A stretch of DNA of 64,000 bases from a virus (Duplodnaviria > Caudoviricetes), in IMG/VR virus record IMGVR_UViG_3300035502_000313, positions 1 through 64,000 of that record. One strand, 5' to 3'. The notes below the pieces were generated by a model. That model worked only from the letters and a program-made list of their open reading frames with translations, was not told the origin of the DNA and ran no database searches. Below are positions 60,499 through 64,000 of this stretch, in pieces (the stretch's first letter is position 1; each line of letters opens with the position of its first letter). Made by a program: the position numbers and the translations under genes.

Positions 60499-60913
60499 TA
60501 CAACGTTTACATTAGACCAATTCGCTGACAGTAAATCATCTAATGATATATCCTATTATTCTATGAGTCTTTTAGAAAAAGATCCTGATAATAATATAGA
60601 ATACGATGTGTTTAACGTAGTGTCTGATTATATAAACGAACTTAAAGCTATGTCTAGTACAGTTGTTTTATCAGAGAATGAGTATTATACATATAGGTTT
60701 AAACCAAAGCTATTAGCTGATTACCTATATGGCAATACAGAATTATACTTTATAATTTTATGGCTTAACGACATGTGGTCTGTAAAAGATTTTGACCTAA
60801 GAGAAATAAAACTCATAAAGAATACAGAGCTTTCTGATGCTTTAAGCAAGATTAACTCTGCTGAGAAAGCATTTATCAAATCATATAATGAAGCAGCTCT
60901 TGCTAGTTATTAA
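60482..60913 (+). CDS. Baseplate wedge protein, T4 gp53/LysM-like
   Basis: KPKLLADYLYGNTELYFIILWLN motif. Confidence 0.7.
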   Translation: MSTKTNTTFTLDQFADSKSSNDISYYSMSLLEKDPDNNIEYDVFNVVSDYINELKAMSSTVVLSENEYYTYRFKPKLLADYLYGNTELYFIILWLNDMWSVKDFDLREIKLIKNTELSDALSKINSAEKAFIKSYNEAALASY

Positions 60914-63048
60914 GCAAAAGCTTTCTTCAAATATGCCATATATGCTGTATGATCAATTTCTGGAACTCGTACAAACAATCCATTTGATGAACAATCTTGT
61001 TCAGGCACATAGGTTTTTGTAGGTTCCACAAATCTATCAGTATCTGGAATCTCACCATTCTTTAACATCATAAAGTGTGAGTACAACATTCCAAAATCCT
61101 TTTCGGTAAACTGATCACCATATTTAATATTATAATCGTGAACAAGTCTTTCCTCTTTACTTCCCGTTGGGTCGTAAATTCTTGTATACTCATCAGAGTA
61201 TCTTGAAATGCAATTAAGTGAATTGATATTTGTACACATAATATTTCCCATCTCTTTTCCTTTTAATGCTCTTAAACGTTTTTCGGGTGACATAGCATTC
61301 ATGTTCGTTAAACCGTTTATGAGTTTTGGATTTGTTCTCCAATATACATCATATATTGGCTTTGTTCCATCAGAATTTAATACTACGGGGTTCTGCACTT
61401 GCGGAACCTCTGTATTATCTTCCAAAATTGGTTTGCGGTCATCATTGTTTGGAAGATCAACAGAATTGTCTACTTCACATTCTTCTACATTCTTATTACT
61501 CAAATCTAACTTGTACAATGGCTCTTTAAGTCCTACATCACAAGTAAGATTGATACTATCAATATTATCATAAGGATGATAGATACCTAATGAATAATTT
61601 AATGGTTTTGTATATGGTTCGAATCTATGCTTTATAAGTTTGATAGATAGATACTTTTCTCCAAGTCTATTAATATATGAAGGAGCTATAACAAATGCAC
61701 CATCCAAATTATTAAGAATAAGCATTGATTCACCCAAATTACTTCTGTCAATACAAGGAAGAAGATTAAGTTTACCTTTATCTCTAGCTTCATCGACTTT
61801 CTTATTAGCTTCTCTATTCAACTGACCTGCTGTGATAATCGGAATATCCATATCAGATGCAATTGATTTCATCTCATTGATAATAGAACCTAATCTAAGT
61901 CTTTCATCAGATGCTCTAAAACTATCAATAGATCTAATTACATTAATATAGTCTATAATATAACAGATAACTTCATATCCATTTTCTTCAAGAGTATCTG
62001 ACAAATCATATAGATAACCTGTATCAATAGAGTTACTTGGTTCGTATTTTATAATAAGGTCTATAGGGTTCTCATCATTAACAATAAGTCCTTTATCTCT
62101 CATCATTTGAATTCCTTCATCAATACCAACTTCATTCATTCTATGACCAGTCACCATTGAGAATAATCTTGTGAATGATTCTCTCTTAGTATTCTCAAGT
62201 GTAAGATAAACTACAGCAGGTTGTTTTGTAGGGTCTTTTGTCTTAAACTTCTTATTATAAAGCTTAATCTGATATGCAAGATTAAGAAGAGTTAATGACT
62301 TACCCTCACCCTGAAGTCCAAAGAAACCATATACACGACCATTTTCAAATCCATTACCAAGAAGATAGTTCATACCTACCATACCAGTTGATAACTTACT
62401 AGATGGATTAGATACATATGAATGTGTATCTCTTGCATAATCTTCAAATATACCATCTCTGAGACATACGAACTCCTGTTCAGAATCATTAACAGTATTA
62501 TTTCTTATATGATTATTACAATCATGAATATATTCTTTCCAACTATCAACGATAGCAGACTTCTCATATGCAGAAGCATTATCAAATGCTGTCTTAATTT
62601 CTGCAAATTTATCTATATAAGATGAAAATGTAGCAGTATCCAACAAACTGGATACCATTGTGTTTACATACTCTACATCTTTATTAGACATCTCTTGAAA
62701 ATTTATATTATATTCTCCAGTATGCGTCGTATCCTTTTGAATAATATAATCCCATACCTTCTTAGAATCTGTAATTCCATATATAATTCTGGCATCCAAT
62801 GCGAATCTTATAAAATCCAATCTTTCGATGTCAGCATCACTTTTATAGTCATTGATATTTATAATATCAAAAAGTTCCTTTATGTTTTTATAACCTTTGA
62901 TCTTTATATTTCTATTAGTAGAAACTAAGTACGAACAAATCATATCAAGAATAATATATGATAATTTCTGATTCAATTCTCGTTTACTATTGTATTTTTT
63001 AGAATTCTTTTCATTCTTCTCATATCTCTGAGCAATACGTACTGCCAT
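60910..63048 (-). CDS. Replicative SF4 (DnaB-like) helicase
   Basis: STGMVGMN, GLQGEGKS, YLTLEN, IIDYINVI, TAGQLNR, LIKHR. Confidence 0.9.
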   Translation of the reverse strand: MAVRIAQRYEKNEKNSKKYNSKRELNQKLSYIILDMICSYLVSTNRNIKIKGYKNIKELFDIININDYKSDADIERLDFIRFALDARIIYGITDSKKVWDYIIQKDTTHTGEYNINFQEMSNKDVEYVNTMVSSLLDTATFSSYIDKFAEIKTAFDNASAYEKSAIVDSWKEYIHDCNNHIRNNTVNDSEQEFVCLRDGIFEDYARDTHSYVSNPSSKLSTGMVGMNYLLGNGFENGRVYGFFGLQGEGKSLTLLNLAYQIKLYNKKFKTKDPTKQPAVVYLTLENTKRESFTRLFSMVTGHRMNEVGIDEGIQMMRDKGLIVNDENPIDLIIKYEPSNSIDTGYLYDLSDTLEENGYEVICYIIDYINVIRSIDSFRASDERLRLGSIINEMKSIASDMDIPIITAGQLNREANKKVDEARDKGKLNLLPCIDRSNLGESMLILNNLDGAFVIAPSYINRLGEKYLSIKLIKHRFEPYTKPLNYSLGIYHPYDNIDSINLTCDVGLKEPLYKLDLSNKNVEECEVDNSVDLPNNDDRKPILEDNTEVPQVQNPVVLNSDGTKPIYDVYWRTNPKLINGLTNMNAMSPEKRLRALKGKEMGNIMCTNINSLNCISRYSDEYTRIYDPTGSKEERLVHDYNIKYGDQFTEKDFGMLYSHFMMLKNGEIPDTDRFVEPTKTYVPEQDCSSNGLFVRVPEIDHTAYMAYLKKAFA

Positions 63049-63221
63049 TTCATATAACCTCCAATGCTAGGTTTTTCTCTTTACATGATTGTTTGGTATG
63101 TGGTAGATTAATAATAAATAACGTTCATCAGCTTACATAATACGTACGAATATAATAAAAAATAATGGGGCTGAACAAACAGCCCCAAAATATATTGAAA
63201 GGATTAACGAATTGGTGTATT

Positions 63222-63722
63222 TTATACATTATTTCTGTAGTAATAGTTTCTATTGAGAAATTTGTATGTGTTAATATCAGTATTAACCATACAGAAATTA
63301 TTCTCAAAATCAACTAAATGGTCTGCTGTCATAAATCCTTTGCTGGCAGCATCTCCGATTACATCATCGATATCTGGATTATCCCTATCTATTACGAGAA
63401 AAACTGGGATTTTATCAAATCCACTCAATCCATCAAACAGTTCAATTATTTCATTGACGTATTGATACATCGTTGAATAAGGAATTCCAGGTTCATTCCA
63501 TCCTCGTATGACTGCAAACTTTTTAACTGCTTTGTAGCATAAGTAATAAATATCTCCTTCGATGATTCCGAGATAGTTTCTCATCTCGTCAGTTAATTCA
63601 GCTTCCATGTCAATGACATCAAAGCTCAACCATGAGTCTGTAACTTGATTAGTTATCTTGTATCTCGTTATTCCATCAAGCACATGTTCTTTCTTAATTT
63701 TGTTATCTTTAAATATAAACAT
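63222..63722 (-). CDS. Early hypothetical protein
   Basis: 166 aa; leader identical to that of 20038. Confidence 0.7.
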   Translation of the reverse strand: MFIFKDNKIKKEHVLDGITRYKITNQVTDSWLSFDVIDMEAELTDEMRNYLGIIEGDIYYLCYKAVKKFAVIRGWNEPGIPYSTMYQYVNEIIELFDGLSGFDKIPVFLVIDRDNPDIDDVIGDAASKGFMTADHLVDFENNFCMVNTDINTYKFLNRNYYYRNNV

Positions 63723-63775
63723 AATATACCTCCGATAGGACGTTGAATCTTTATAAGAGTTTTACTCTATCCTAT
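63716..63775 (-). repeat. 60-bp early-leader repeat, copy 2
   Basis: Exact reverse complement of 19985-20044. Confidence 0.95.
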
Positions 63776-63800
63776 CACTGATATTATATACAAATAATTA

Positions 63801-64000
63801 CTATATTGCTTCTGACAATATCCTCATCAATTCATCTGTAGTTATAAACTCTTCTCCTTTACTTTGATTAACAAAACGAGTGAAGATTTCATATTCAGAC
63901 AGGTTATTATCAAGAAGATAATCATATTGAGCAAATTGGTCATTGTTCTTTTGATTCTCTCTTACAGTTTCCATAAATCCAGAATCTTGTACATCTATTT
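63801..64000 (-). CDS. 3' end of a gene running in from beyond the window (partial)
   Basis: Open frame IDVQDSGF...QYDYLLDNNLSEYEIFTRF...RILSEAI* ending at TAG 63801-63803. Confidence 0.6.
   Translation of the reverse strand, partial: IDVQDSGFMETVRENQKNNDQFAQYDYLLDNNLSEYEIFTRFVNQSKGEEFITTDELMRILSEAI

Noticed and set aside
299-63465. Dozens of 60-145 aa ORFs nested in or antisense to long genes
   Set aside because: No RBS or promoter; expected shadows in AT-rich coding DNA

Overview
64 kb of a very AT-rich jumbo-phage genome of the AR9/PBS1-phiKZ type. Strong AGGAGG ribosome-binding sites point to a Firmicutes host, possibly a gut clostridium (inference). The window encodes subunits of two split multisubunit RNA polymerases (virion and non-virion beta parts), a T4 gp21-type prohead protease, paralogous head proteins, baseplate-like proteins, a holin and a PhuZ/TubZ tubulin. 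Replication, repair and nucleotide genes include GyrA/GyrB, NAD-dependent ligase, RecA-like, SbcC, DnaB-like and Dda-like helicases, dcd, thyX and a dNMP kinase. There are six tRNAs, one a tRNA-Leu(UAA) split by a group I intron and one a rare Ile(UAU). Two promoter classes can be read directly: early TATATA[T/A]TAT-type and late AAC[A/T]-N6-TAA. The most unusual signals are: (i) a hidden non-coding RNA layer, made of orphan late promoters driving short terminator-closed RNAs with anti-Shine-Dalgarno tracts, a ~340-nt structured early ncRNA, and a conserved structured leader shared by early gene cassettes (one 60-bp copy identical in inverted orientation 43.7 kb away); (ii) virion polyproteins whose enzymatic cargo domains are bounded by putative prohead-protease sites; (iii) a shared LF short motif in the tails of replication and transcription enzymes, plus a prion-like protein. 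All calls are by eye, from motifs; no database searches were run.
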